DNA from: Macrostomum hystrix
Taxonomy: Eukaryota; Animalia; Platyhelminthes
NCBI GenBank assembly: GCA_950097015.1
Contig: CATNEN010000035.1
Span: 682,001 to 746,000, forward strand
Length of the DNA: 64,000 bases
Direction: 5' to 3'
Both the position numbers and the translations under genes were made by a program. Of this stretch, positions 1 through 13,028 are shown in pieces. Below the pieces are notes generated by a model. The model was not told the origin of the DNA and searched no databases. It worked only from the letters and a program-made list of their open reading frames with translations. How positions within the stretch are numbered: position 1 is the stretch's first letter; every line of letters starts with the position of its first letter.

Positions 1-1412
1 TTGCTTGCTGCCGCTGCGTGATTGGCTGTTAGATTTTGCTTGGTGTGCGACAGGCTGTAAAATGACATTAAGCATTGATTGTATCTTATTTTTCAAATAT
101 AAACCTAAACAATAAAGCATATTAGAATGTATTTTTTGCGAATTTCTCAACAAAATTAAAACCATCTACAGTGTGTCCTATATATTTTATATGTTGATGG
201 ATACATTTATTAAGTAGACTAAAATTTTGAACTTTAACTTTGAAGGCTATATTTCAATATTAAGTTATCCAGTAAGTACCACAAAAATGGACATTAAACA
301 AGACTCATATTTTTTCTTTTTATAATAAACTAGGAAAATATAAATGTTTTTGTAAATAACACTGAACCAATTCAAACAGGGGTTGGTCATCTCCAGACCA
401 AAAGCTGGCCTTTTGGCCCACAAAAACTCTCTATAGGCCTACAGCCATTTAAGCTTGTTTATATTTTATTATTATTTTAACTACTCTATTATTATACTGA
501 ATATATATTTTTTTGGCACAAAAACTTTCCAACATAAAATAGGTAATTTATTTCATCACTTGTGGATTTTCAGGACAAATGAGCAATGACACTTGAAATG
601 AATCAAAGTGGCTATTTACAAAGGCTAGACAGCACATCAGATACAACTTTAAATATAGGAGCTGACAAAGGAAATTAGGGTGGTACAGCTGACAAACAAC
701 ATTAGATGGAATTAGCCTTTATAGTTTTAGAACCACTGGAGCCTATAGGGAAGAAAAATGATTTAAATGAGCTTTATATTGATAGCACCAAAAGTTGAGA
801 AAACTTCACCTTTCAAAACCCTTTTTTTCAAGCATCCAAGCATCATGATACGCTTTTTATCATAAATTATTTACTAAATATGTCATTAAAAGCTTAAGAT
901 ATGGAACTTTACTAGTCAATTGTGTACTAAATAATTAGTATTTATAGCTAAATTACAATTGTTAGCAAAATTGTTTTATCAGCAAATAATTGTCACTGAA
1001 ATGGTTGTTGCCAAAGTGGACTGGATTCATTGAGATGATGCCATAATCTTTAAACATCTCACTTAGAATTTTGAATAATTGGCTTGGAAATAGAATTAAC
1101 TCAAGTGTCGACACTCCTAAGCTAGTATATGACTAGAAGCAATAGCTGTCTGTCTGTCTCCATCTCTAATATATTGTTGAGTGCTCGTTTTTTGGGCATT
1201 AGTGCACTTTCAGTTGCGAAATTATTTTTCAGTTTAAATTTGTATGTTCGAAACTAGAATATACGCTTAAAATTATATGAATAAACCAGAATATATGCTA
1301 ATATATGCTTTAGTCTTAGTCTATGGTCGAAATCCTTAAGAGTGCGTGTGGGATGCTCTATTATTATTTTTTCATTAAATCTGTGCCATGCCTTTTTTGT
1401 GCCACGCTTGAA

Positions 1413-1592
1413 TGCAACACGATTGAGGGAACGTGGGCACATTGCAAGGCCAAATTCAGGGCCATGCATGGAACAAGTGATGCCCTCTTCAAGAGCCACA
1501 TCTAGGAGTTTATGTGGCACCGACTGTTCGGAGCAAACAGGGCTTTCGGAAACATGCTTTTCTGGATTAGCCACTACTACAATGCCCAGTGA
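1413..1592 (+). pseudogene. Merlin/ISXO2 (IS1595-like) DDE transposase C-terminal relic
   Basis: Reads CNTIEGTWAHCKAKFRAMHGTSDALFKSHI*EFMWHRLFGANRAFGNMLFWISHYYNAQ*. This fits the ISXO2/Merlin C-terminal signature (H/N-T-x-x-I-E-x-x-W ... HG ... EFxWR). In-frame TAG at 1503-1505; N-terminal part not found. Confidence 0.75.
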
Positions 1593-3532
1593 CAAGCTCT
1601 ATGTCCACCACTAGAACACAATGATGAGTTGGCAATTTCAGCAACCAAAGAGCTAAAAGAGACACTATGGCTATGCTCTGGCACAATTGTTAGAATTGTT
1701 CAAAGCATCAATTTTTGTCATTGTTATTGTTTTCTGGTTTCAAAGTTTTAAATTTAAATGAAAAATAATTTTGCAAACGAAAGTGCACTATTGCTATTTT
1801 TTGTAGGCTTCCACCAAAAAGTTGTGTCCTAGTTGGTTAGTAAGTTTCTATAATTTATAAAAGTGAAACATAGCCTAGCCAAAAAAAATTGGCTTTATTC
1901 TCAAGTAGGCCACCTGAAAATAAATCCTGTTCTATTTGCAAAATTCAATCAAACTGTTTGCAGTGAGCTCTTTTTACCAAATGCAAGTGTTATAAAATAA
2001 AATAAATGAGTGCCATTGTTGTTGAGTCCTAGAGTCCTAGAGACAATAAAAATAGAATTATCTATTGATGGGCTTTTAGGCCTACTATAAATTATTTCTA
2101 CAAGTAAAACAACCCCCTATCTTTGAAAGCAAGACTAGCTAATCCAAATGACCACAGAAGTTATTCTTTCAATCTTTCAGTCTCATTTATTCACCTAATC
2201 ACCCAATCTCCTCCCTCTTAGTAGCAACCATATTACATGTCCTAACTCTTACGCCAGGGACAACACATTGTTCTTGGTACTCTTTCAAGCAACTATCACT
2301 TCAGCTAGAAAGCTCTTTACATAAATTAAAAACCACAAATGCCCTACTTACAACTGCAACTTCTCTTTATTTAATTTTAATAAACTTATCTATAGACTAT
2401 ACTATAGTACTAGACTATGTGTCTATGCGAAATATTGACAAAGATAGACATCGCATAGGCCTAATTATACACAAGTTCCAAACAACTATATCTATTCGTA
2501 TGCATTAAATAAATGTTTAAAAAAGCATTTTGGACATTTTTCGTAAACAATTAAGTAAAAGAAAAATGACCTTTAGTGAAAGACGCGATTTTCTAGTATT
2601 GAATTAGTTTTTAGCGGAATCAACTGTAGATCTAAACAAGTATAGTTGTTCTGTACCATGTTTTTTCGTAATACTTTTTATTATTTCCAACTAAGTATAA
2701 CTTTTTACAGTTTTATACAGCTTCTAAACAGGATGTTTACATTCCTTTGTTGTTTTTAGCAAACTACGCACGAGCTTAAAGTTTTTGCAACGCTATCTTT
2801 GCATCAGGCCCCGGTGGCATGTCGATCTATCGCTGGGGACATAGCTATGGCTCATGAAATTTGTAATTTTCATAATATTATATTTAAAGCAATAAAATGA
2901 GTTACAGTTCCAAAACACTTTCAAGCTTAAGATAAAAAACAACGAAGCATTTAAAGTGGAAATTAAGAACATGCTCGCATAACTTTTTTACAATTAAAAA
3001 TGATCGAAAGAGAATGACAATATACTGTAATTAGGCAATCGATGTGTCTCAGGAGATAGGATAGCCTAAACAAAATATAATTTTAATAGTCAAATGTATG
3101 ACGTTGCAGTAAATCTCTAGCTGTCGAGCTACTAGTTACTCAGTTCTCTGTCATACTAGGCCTATAATTTGTCTGCATCTCACATCTACATTAGGCCCTA
3201 CTAGGCCTATCATTAGCACTGATGTGCATTTAATGAGACTATGACCACCTATCAAGTCAATAAGGTCTCAGTGACTCCAGACCATATTGAACATAATATT
3301 ATTGCAGGCTTACATTCATGCAATTTCAGAATGTGTATAAAAATAATTTCTTTTTAAGCTATTCTTGTTCTTTGTATTTCATCAGATAGGTTGCTTGATA
3401 CAAAAATGTTTTGAAATCAATTGCTATCTGGAAGAAACAAAACCAATTACATAAGCATTTTTTAAAAGCTAACTGATTTGAAAATAAAAGACAGACATCT
3501 AGATATTGTTAGTAGCCTAGTTATAAACCCCA

Positions 3533-3778
3533 TAGTCAGGAAGGTGGCCTCTGAGGGGGAAAATTCCCGCACACAAAGGGTCTCGGTGCACATTGGTGCA
3601 CAAGCGCGGTGCACACAAAGGCTCTTGGGTAAACATAGGGTGCTTTTCTGTGTAGGGTTAGGGTTAGGGGACAGAAACTGCATTGACAGTGCACAGACAG
3701 TGCACAGATGGCACACAGACAGCACACAGTGTCCCTTCAAAATTTATTCCAGTGCATGCTGTGCCACCTTCCTGACTA
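3533..3778. mobile_element. MITE, ~245 bp, 16-bp perfect terminal inverted repeats
   Basis: TAGTCAGGAAGGTGGC (3533-3548) and its reverse complement GCCACCTTCCTGACTA (3763-3778). Non-coding interior. Confidence 0.7.
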
Positions 3779-4062
3779 GGCCCCCCTATGGTATAAACTA
3801 TGTGTGTGCTAGCCCCTAGAAGTTGTTTAAAAATATTTTTTCTTATGTAACAATGCTAGATAGCTAGTTTATGTTTAGGCCTATATTTAAAAAAATATAG
3901 GCCTACACTTACTGACTACTTTGGTATCAGCCTCCTTTAGTAGTCTTGAAGCAGGTTATATAGACTAGTGGTTGGAGTATCAGACTTATGACTTGAAGGT
4001 CAAGTTGATTCTCAAGGTACCTGGACATTCCCAATTCATTCCCAATTACCAATACCACCAGA

Positions 4063-4101
4063 ACAATTTGTGTCGACTTTAGTAAGACATTTAATTCTGC
4101 T
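4063..4101 (+). pseudogene. Possible decayed non-LTR retrotransposon reverse-transcriptase fragment
   Basis: TICVDFSKTFNS resembles the LINE RT motif (F/L)VDFxKAFDS. The flanks do not stay in frame. Confidence 0.35.
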
Positions 4102-4664
4102 TTGTTTTACTTCCCCCAGCTATTAAATAAGATACCAGCTAATAGATACCAGCATTAGCTGGTGTAATTGAGCATTGGTATGACATTTCTCTAGTCTTTA
4201 GATTGAAAAGCTAAATGTTGCCTTTAGATTCAGATGTGCCATATTTCAATAGCTGCAGCTATGCAATAGGCTGTATCAAGTGTTTAATTCTGTAAGTCTA
4301 GTACTAAAATGACCATGGTACTCTATATATCAAATGCACCACCATGATGCATGGTCAAACATATTAAATGTCAGAATTTGGTAGCTCAGCAAATATTGCC
4401 TTGTTTATTTCTTAGATCTAAATATGGTTATAGATTATTTAATTTTTTAATTTTTTAATTTTTAGTCTAGCCTAAATTTCTAAATCTCTGGAGCCTACTC
4501 TATTCTATGCATAAACCAAACTTGACTAGATAATATATTTTAGCTATTTTATGTACTACATTTGTTCTTGACCATCAAGCTGGTGTATAGTAGGTTTATG
4601 TTGGTATATTGGTATATCTAAATTTAGCTACTGAATCATGTCTTATGTCTCATGTCTCCTAAGG

Positions 4665-5440
4665 CCAAGACTATCAGGCTGCTGTCTCACATGTCCAAGA
4701 CTATCAGGCTACTGTCTCACATGCCCAAGATTATCAGTCTGCTGTCTCACTTGTCCAAGGCTCTCAGGCTGCTGTCTCACATGTCCAAGGTTCTCAGGCT
4801 ACTGTCTCACATTTCCAAGACTATCAGGCTGCTGTCTCACATGTCCAAGATTATCAGTCTGCTGTCTCACTTGTCCAAGGCTCTCAGGCTGCTGTCTCAC
4901 ATGTCCAAGGTTCTCAGGCTACTGTCTCACATTTCCAAGACTATCAGGCTGCTGTCTCACATGTCCAAGATTATCAGGCTGCTGTCTCACTTGTCCAAGG
5001 CTCTCAGGCTGCTGTCTCACATGTCCAAGACCATCAGGCTACTGTCTCACATTTCCAAGACTATCAGGCTGCTGTCTCACTTGTCCGAGATTATCAAGCT
5101 GCTGTCTCACTTGTCCAAGATTATCATGCTGCTGTCTCACTTGTCCGAGATTATCAGGCTGCTGTCTCACTTGTCCAAGTTTATCAGGCTGCTGTCTCAC
5201 TTGTCCGAGATTATCAGGCTGCTGTCTCACTTGTCCAAGTTTATCAGGCTGCTGTCTCACTTGTCCGAGATAATCAGGCTGCTGTCTTACTTGTCCAAGA
5301 TTATCAGGCTACTGTTTCACTCGCCCGGGGATTGTCAGGCTGTTGTCTTCTCACTCGCCCGGGGATTGTCAGGCTGTTGTCTTCTCACTCGCCCGGGGAT
5401 TGTCAGGCTGTTGTCTTCTCACTCGCCCGGGGATTGTCAA
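4665..5440. repeat. Minisatellite, 30-nt unit (ACTATCAGGCTGCTGTCTCACATGTCCAAG, ~21 copies) ending in three 34-nt variant units
   Basis: Direct inspection. It explains the ORFs at 4638-5273, 4652-5476 and 5039-5260. Confidence 0.95.
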
Positions 5441-6210
5441 GCTTTTGTCTCATGTGCAGTTGGCTATGACCCATAATATTGTGTATGCATTTATTTTCCT
5501 TAATTGCTTTTTCTCTGGTGATCTCTATGTCATTATAGTTAGCCGAGCAATAGAGCCAGAGCTGCACGGCGACAGTGTGTAATGTGATGCAGAGTGTTTG
5601 CTATGCCTATTTAATAATGTCTGTTTGTTTGTCGATTTTTCGTTGTCGATTTGTTTGCAATTGAAATGCTAGAATAAAGATATTTGATGCAGCTTTTTCT
5701 GCATATCAGCATCATGGCTAGGTGAAACCAACATTAGTTTTAGCATCATATTATGCATATGAGATGTATTCAACTGTGCTTTCAATTGCAAATCAAACAT
5801 CCAGCGTCTAACAGCACCGACCGGATCTGTTAGAAAGAACGCGTCCTGTTAGAAACCAGCGACTGGCGTTGCGGAGGCTGCGGAAAGATGAGCGCCATTC
5901 TGTGTGTGCAAATATGCTAATTACATTCGCGAAGAGAAATTTGTATTAGTTAGGGTGGGATGGCAAATCACAGACGAGTGTCTCAATTTCACCTGGAAGG
6001 TGTTTCACTAGCCAAGTTCCGATCTATTTAGTAATGCGAGAGCCCAAAAATTCAGCTCTATTATTTATTTGACGCTTTGTTTACACATCTTACAGTCACA
6101 AAGTTTCACTCTCTCGCTCACTCTCTTCAATGGGTCGATGTAAGTCGAAGCGATGCTGATGCTGGAATAAATTAGTTACATCCGGATGAAAATTCACCTC
6201 GGTTGGAGCC

Positions 6211-6342
6211 TATATAAGCATTGCCTCTCGGAGCAGGACAAGATTCAAGTTTTCCAGTTCGCTTCTAAGAGCTTAGTTTGCTCTGCTCGTTCAAGTCTGC
6301 TCTGGTGTATTGTCGGAGAAGCACAGAAGAAATCGGGTGAGT
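6211..6342 (+). promoter_or_regulatory. Putative TATA promoter and non-coding first exon of the cGLR-like gene
   Basis: TATATAA at 6211-6217, Inr-like TCAAGT ~30 nt downstream, GTGAGT donor at 6337, and a matching acceptor CTTTAG ending at 7676, 20 nt before the ATG at 7697. Confidence 0.5.
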
Positions 6343-7696
6343 TGATCTTAGGATTTAATTATTGATTTATCTAATTGATTTACTTGATTCACCGTCCTTC
6401 GCCTTCTGATTGTCCGTAGCAGCTCTCCCAGTCAGTTTGCGCGGGAGGGTCTGCTGCTGGCATCCGATTGCTGGACTTTGCTCAACTGACTTGCCCGCCC
6501 TCACCTCTTAAGCTATGACTTTTCAGTAATTAGTACTTGATCTAGCGACTAAATGTAACAAAAACAGTAGGATAGCTTCACTAACCTTATTTCCACAATA
6601 TTGCTAACCAGAAACTGTATTTGTTATTTCAAAACGTCAAAACATGTTTTTTAAAACTTAGAATTTCAGAAATTCGCAATATCTGTCTTTTTCCAACTTC
6701 TCACTTTATTCTTAGATCCAGTAAAAGGAAAAACTATTCTGCATCCTACTTTTTTCTCTTTTTTCTTCATGCTGACTATTTTTTGCTGTTGCCAGCTTTT
6801 GCTTAATAGTCTAAAAACATAGATTTCTTATTCTGCAGCTTTAATAAGTGATGCATTGTGACTCGATACTTATATTATACGAGCAATTTCTTGAAATGAG
6901 TTCTACAGATAGCATCTTTATATAGATGCTGAGTATATCGATCCTTGGAGTTAGATTTTTCTATTAGCAGTTATCTAGAGTCAAAATGGACGTGCTTGTG
7001 GGGCATTTTCAAGAATTTCTACATATTTATTCTCGAATCTAGAATGCATCGTTCAAAGTTTCTGTTTCTGTACTATTTGTAATATAGTAATGTACATAGA
7101 ATATAAAGCGTGTCAATGTGTCTTGTTCAAGGACACATATTGTCATAGAGACATAGAGATCACACAGATTCGAACTCTCGACCTCTTAGTTAGAAGTCCG
7201 AAGTTCTAACCACTGGTCTATAAGCTCCATAGTGTACAGGTGTAGGTAACACCGATCTTTGAATATCGTAGTGTGCTATGAAACTGTGGCCCTTAGGTTC
7301 GCAATCATTCAAAGTGCTGTATCTAATTTATTTTATAGATTTTTACAAGATTTTTACTAACTCTTTTACCCAGTTTTTTTCTGCAACCTTAAAGAACTGT
7401 CAGATGTGATGCACTTAACCTAATTACTCACATTTGTTTAGCATATTACTTCCAGTAGTCATGCGCACAACAACGCGATTGTTAGTCTTGAGATTTCGGG
7501 TTTTTGGCATGAAAAGTGGCTAACATTGACGACGCTGCTAGCCAATCCAGTAGTGACAACTCTCCGAACCAATTCGTTTAGCCTTTGCGCTCGTATATAG
7601 ATCTTTGCGTAAGTGCTAGCTTGAGCTTATAAAAACATCTTATTTTAAGAGGAAGTCGGAGTGTAGTTATCTTTAGCTGAAGTACGGAACAGTAAA

Positions 7697-9845
7697 ATGC
7701 AAGCTGAAGCTGAGGCTGGCGAATCGGTCACGCTAATGAGAGCGCTGGTGATCCCAAATGTTGATATCTGGCCAGAATTCAGTGTGCGCCCATTGTTGCG
7801 TGGCCTCATTGGCTGTGCTGCTCTGTTTGATCCGCACCACACTTGCTTTGAACTTGCCCGAGCCATCAGTTCGGCCGGGCCGCCTAAAAAGAGAGGTCGT
7901 CAAAGAAAAGGCCAAGCAGCCGGCTTCACTGTGCTGCCCTTCAAGTACATCTCCGAGAGGGAGACGCGAGACAAGTTCGCCGGCCCCAACTGGGAGCGGC
8001 TGGTTTATTCCGGCGAGGACCGTCGCCAGCCAGCTGTGACTGAGTGGTACCGCGTCAATCGTTGCCGCATCGACGACATACGCGAGGCCTGGCGCGCCGC
8101 CACCGAGATCCTGCTTACCTGGGAGGTAGAATGGCCAGAAGAATCGCAAGGCTTGTCCGAACTTGGCCGCGTACTGCACGAGCGACTGCCGGCTGAGGCA
8201 GCCGAAGTGGCCGCTTGCAGGCGCCTATTGGCTGAGCGGAAGCTGCCGTGCGGCTTCCGGTTGCAAGGCAGTCTGGCTGAGCTGTGGAGCTTTCAGGTAC
8301 CACATTGGTTCAATACAGCTTTAGATCCCTGTCGCTGAAGCTATATACTCAGTAGCTTTTAGCTCAAGGGTTAGAGCTTTTGAAGCAAGGGTTTGGTCTT
8401 CCTTCAGCTGTGGTCGTGGGGTCGTGTAGTTTGGTGGCGACCACCAGTCCATGGACTGAGCAACTGTACACAGTCTAAAGAATCGCCGCGCAATAGCAGC
8501 GGCTGGGCCACTGGATGTAGATGTTGCCTAAATTGGCTAGGCGTAGTTTTTTCAGTTAAGAAAGGGTTCCGCACGAATCCCGCAGACCGGCTCCGATCTC
8601 GACCTGGTGCGCTGCTGGCCTCGGGATCGTTCGCTCAGCGTTGTCAACCTATCGCCGGGACTGTGCCAGCTGCGCCGTCCGGCAGCCGTGGAGCGGTTGG
8701 GCATGCGACTCGGCATGCTCGGCCTGCTGGCTCGGCGATTCAGCACTGATAGCGCCCTGACGCAGATGCTGAGTCCGGGCCGCTTCCGGCGTCGCTTGGC
8801 CAAATGGCGCCTTGCTGACAGCCGGCGACGGGGCCTAGCCAGCCGTCTGCAAGAGCGTGGCCCGGCTGTAACTCAGGAGGCCGAGATCGACTTTGGTGAT
8901 GATGCATCGCGTGACAACAGTCCCGTCCGAGGAGCCGGAGATGCTACACATCGGCTGCCCTCGGTAGACTACGTGTGCAGCGTCAGGCTCAACAAATGGC
9001 CTCGCTTTCTTACCGCCGAGTGGCTGCCCAGACACTGCCGCCGGCACCAGTTTAGTCCGAGCGGCGCCCGAGTTCACGTCGTACCAATCGGCGGCACCTC
9101 CACCGTTCCTTGCACCCACGCCTGGCGCTACTCGTTCCACGAGCTTGAGGCTGCCATCGCTCGAAGTCTCACACCGCCAGAAGGCGCTTGCTACGCTTTG
9201 ATGAAGGCGGCCCATCGGGCCTACCTAAAGCCAGCCGGCTACAAGTCCTACCACGTCAAGACTGGCTTTCTGTGGCTGCGCCACCTGGAGGAGCCGGAAG
9301 TTTGGCAGCAGCAGCCGGGCCGTCTAATCCGGCTGGCCCTGCTGGGCCTGACCTTGGTCATGCAGTGCGGTGCCAATGGCTTCATGCCAAACTACTTCAT
9401 GCCGAATGAGAATGTCATGAGACAGCCGCTGCCTGCGAAGCCGCCTGCAACCACCGCCCAGCTGGCCAGCTTCCTGACGGACGCCGCTGGCCAACCCATC
9501 ATCGGCGTTGACCGGCACCGGTTGGCCGCCTGGCTCGACCAGCTAGCCGCTGAGCTGGCCGCCTCGGCCGCGGATCTAGCCGACGCCACGTCGGCGGGCA
9601 TTGCCGACTGTTACTGCCGAGTACACACCGTCACTGGCCGCAGTTTGCAAAGCGACTGCGCCGACTGCGACAAACTGATGGAGTGGAATCGCAGCGCTGA
9701 GCAATGGCAGCCAGCTGAGGACGCAGCTGTTAAGCAGAAACTGGCGAATGACGGCTTCCTCGGCCAACTGAGCAGGCTGCTAGGAATCAGTTCAGCCGCT
9801 GATGACGGCGATGGTCACGTTCTGGGACAAGCGGTATTCTTCTAA
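7697..9845 (+). CDS. cGAS-like receptor (cGLR)/Mab-21 family nucleotidyltransferase, ~619 aa; exons 7697-8296, 8586-9845
   Basis: Phase-0 splice (CAG|GTACC ... CCGCAG|ACC) builds GSLAELWSFQTGSDLD = hG[GS]x11DhD. Also present: GPAVT, VDYV (third acid), WP..L..EW, WRYSF..LE, CY..MK and SYHVKT..LWL, all typical Mab-21/cGLR motifs. Confidence 0.85.
8345..8545 (+). mobile_element. Degenerate SINE family B copy in the cGLR intron
   Basis: Shares CCAGTCCATGGACTGA and CGCCGCGCAATAGC with the copy at 56830-57105. Confidence 0.6.
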
Positions 9846-9884
9846 CTGATTTTGTCACTTTACTGGCTTGATAATCGATTGTAC

Positions 9885-9995
9885 AGTGGGGCTGTGGGCA
9901 CTGGCGCAGATTTGGTTACAGACAGTCGCATCCTAAGCACGCACGCACACAGATACCGTACGCAGGCACACACTCGCAGGTACGCAGACCAACAT
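9885..9995 (-). mobile_element. SINE family A 3' fragment
   Basis: Reverse complement GTGTGTGCCTGCGTACGGTATCTGTGTGCGTG...GTGCCCACAGCCC matches 44970-45085 and 58720-58845. Confidence 0.65.
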
Positions 9996-12001
9996 CTGCC
10001 CTGATCTGGATTCCTGGGTGAAAATATGCTTCTGTTATTTTCAAGCAGCGAAAATATAGAATGTTATTTTTCGAATCATACAATTCCTTTACTAAGAAAT
10101 CTTGTATTAAACTCATACTTTCCTTTTTCTTATTTTGAAATAAAATACTCGTAAAAATAACGTGCAAATTTTTGAGTTTTTCTTCCTACCGTTTCTCATT
10201 TATCATAGAGAATTAAAGCGAGTTTGAAACGTGAACAAAAAAAACTTGAGTGGTATTTAGATTAATACAGTGCTTTTATGCTTTAGGCTATGCTTTAGTA
10301 TGCCCATGTGCCTAACGCAAAACGAAAATTTCAATCTGTGCCAAATATTATTCCGCTGGTCAAGCTGTCCAATGAGATTTTGCCACATCGGCAGCTGCAG
10401 CTATACTGTTGTGCTATGGTGAATCATTCTTCTTCGGTGTGTCATGCACTTTTAATTGCGTTCCGTTGAGAAGTCTATTTTTAGAAACACGTTGTCCCAA
10501 GTGGACGGCTTGTGTGGCTGTCTGGCAGGAGGAGGTTGAGGAGGGTTGGTTCGCTCACAAAAATGTTATAAATAGATCTGGAGAATCCGTGGAATTGCAT
10601 TAATAATAACATCTGGTTGATACTTTACGAGCCAGTTCTTACTAGAACTTTATATGCAATCCATATCGATTCTCTAATTTTCAGTATCCCACAAGTCTGC
10701 AATGATCCCTTATATTCATGGGATAAAACTAACAAAAAAATTATTAAATATCGAGTAAATCAGTTTCTTGCTAAACTGTCTTAGCTACTTGAAGTACTAA
10801 GGATGAAATTTAGCACGCTTTTATAGTTCTAAATGAATGTTTTTTACACTTTAACCAGCCGATTGCACACCAATATGATCTAGCAATATTGCAATTTTGA
10901 CAAGGTTAGTTTAGGAAGTTTGTAATGTACCTCGCTCATAAGACCATGATAATTATACTCGTACGCTTTTTAAGAGGGCCCGGAGCAAAGTTATTTTAAG
11001 CTACCCTGGAAAAAGTATTTGCATTCAGCCCACTGAAAGAAAACCTCTGTACGTCTCGTAACTTGATCAAATCGCGTGCAGCAGGTAGAATATTTACATG
11101 ATGGATCTACACCAGATAAGCCGTATGTCTACATAGCTTTTAGGTCCATCTAGGGTCTAAGGGAAACTCTTAGAAGGATATTAGTCTGTCTCCGCGCGAC
11201 TCTAGGCGACATCCTTGGAGATTTTCGTTAATCAAGCCGTATCGAAAGTACAATACGTCCCTGCTGCTGCCGCTGCTGCTTCAGGCACAAGCATCGTTGG
11301 TCTGGGATTTAAAATTAGGCATAAACACCGCTGGTGATGCAGGAAGATACACACTGTTTCATCCAACACTGGAAGGGCATCAGTTACACTGTTCCGATCT
11401 TTATCTTTTTGCCTTACTGACAATGGATATACTGGGTAGTCAATAAACGCTCGTACTTACAGCCACTCAGGTTTATAGGCCGTAATCCCTTCAAGCACTT
11501 AATGTGTTTGGTGAATTCCAACCGCAGATGCTGATCCACTGGCAGTGGACACCAACTCGCTGCCATGTCGGCTTCTTACACAAAAAATTTAATTTTGTCT
11601 TGCTGTTTTTTTGAAATTTAGTTTAGACTTATCCGGACGCAACAGCTGCCACAGCTTCAGGTGAACAGCAGGTGGCGCTGAAGGTGCAGGGAGCAGCCGA
11701 CCTGGGCTTAAAAGAAAGAAATTGAATGGCACAGCGAAGATCTTTTTGCTCTAGGCGCCCGGTGACATTTTGGCAAGTCTCGCCCTGCACAGAAATCCAC
11801 TTCCCCATTCGATCTTTTCCCAGCCCTGCTCTCCTATTCTTGCCTACGCACAGATGTGGGTGAACTTGGAACCACGCAGAACCATTCACCATTCACATTG
11901 GCTGCAGTACAGACCAAAGATGCGGCCTTCTCCCATCCCATCTGCCCCTCTATCTCGGTGTGTGTTTGTGTTTTTGTCCCCCACCTCCCAGGTACTGGCA
12001 T

Positions 12002-12386
12002 TATAAATGCGGACAGCAATGCGGCTCTCCGTGCCCCCGGCGCCTCTACCTGCAAACCGTCGCTCCTTCTTCCTCGCCGGCTTCTCAGTGTCCTCTATTT
12101 TTCCTGTTCAATTTTCCTATTCGAATTTTTTATCCTTTTGCCGTCTTGCAGTCAAGCCTTTCTGATCCGTTCAATTTTATTTCGCCAACGTCTGTCGAAG
12201 CAAGAGCTTAGAAATTAACGAAAGCAGATTTGAGCTGAAAGTGCAATTAGAGGTTCTCTGCTTCTAACTGGCATAGCGGTATACCAGTGTACTATTTCTT
12301 TCGCCTGCACATCCGCAACACCCGGCCGTGTTAGTAAAGCAAACAGGACAAGAGGAAATGAGCCGATCGACTGTGGAAAAGTGAGT
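12002..12386 (+). promoter_or_regulatory. Putative paramyosin TATA promoter and non-coding exon 1
   Basis: TATAAAT at 12002-12008, GTGAGT donor at 12381, acceptor CTCGCCAG ending at 13378 (19 nt before the ATG). E-boxes upstream at 11643, 11658, 11669 and 11851. Confidence 0.45.
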
Positions 12387-12447
12387 ACATTGAGATGCTC
12401 TCCAGCGTTAGGATAGCTGCACAAAATGAGATCAAGGTTTTCATAAA

Positions 12448-13028
12448 CAGTAGAACTACTACCAACAGGGGAGAATTTCCCGACCATTTTTTTCTGCACC
12501 CGAACGGAGCAACGCAAGCACACGAAACTCAAGAACACGAGCCAACTTTTTGTTGCACATCTTCCGAAACAATAATCAAGTCGCCAGCTCTTCAGACCGT
12601 CGAGAAGACGGTTCAACGGTTCTGGCCGAACGCTAGTGTATTTCATGCACCCAATTTACGAATTCGCACTGCGCTTCAGTGCGGCCTTGCCAGGCCTTTA
12701 AAATTTATCAGCATGTCACTCGAATGTACCTGCGTCATCTACGTATTCGGTTTTCACCTACCTTTATCTAACACCAAAGGTGGAAATAGACGAATGACAA
12801 CCAGAAGCGAATTTCTTTAATTTCACTGATCAAGCCCAAATCAGTACACTATCGCCTAGTCTGTCAACCAATCAACCCAACGCTGTTGGCATTTAGGCGC
12901 TTCAGGGGGAAACAGGCGGCAAAATGGCTGGGTAGTATCGCCTAGTCTGTCAACCAATCAACCCAACGCTGTTAGCATTTAGGCGCTTCAGGGGGAAACA
13001 GGCGGCAAAATGGCTGGGTAGTCCTACT
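12448..13028. mobile_element. Non-autonomous DNA transposon (family C), copy 1
   Basis: Termini CAGTAGAACTAC.../...GGTAGTCCTACT, long internal similarity to 33185-33710, TTAA-like flanks, and an ~85-nt tandem duplication at 12850-13020. Confidence 0.7.

Noticed and set aside
3652-3672. TTAGGG telomere-like repeats
   Set aside because: Only 2-3 units, inside a MITE.
4638-5476. Long ORFs (211 and 274 aa) with Cys-rich or LLSH repeats
   Set aside because: They are translations of a 30-nt minisatellite that is open in several frames at once, with no non-repeat domain. The same applies to the ORFs at 23292-23790, 30657, 45391, 48220-49348, 57128-58020, 59822-60484 and 62455-63395.
11232-11423. 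GC-richer minus-strand 63-aa ORF
   Set aside because: No ATG, clear splice signals or recognisable motif.
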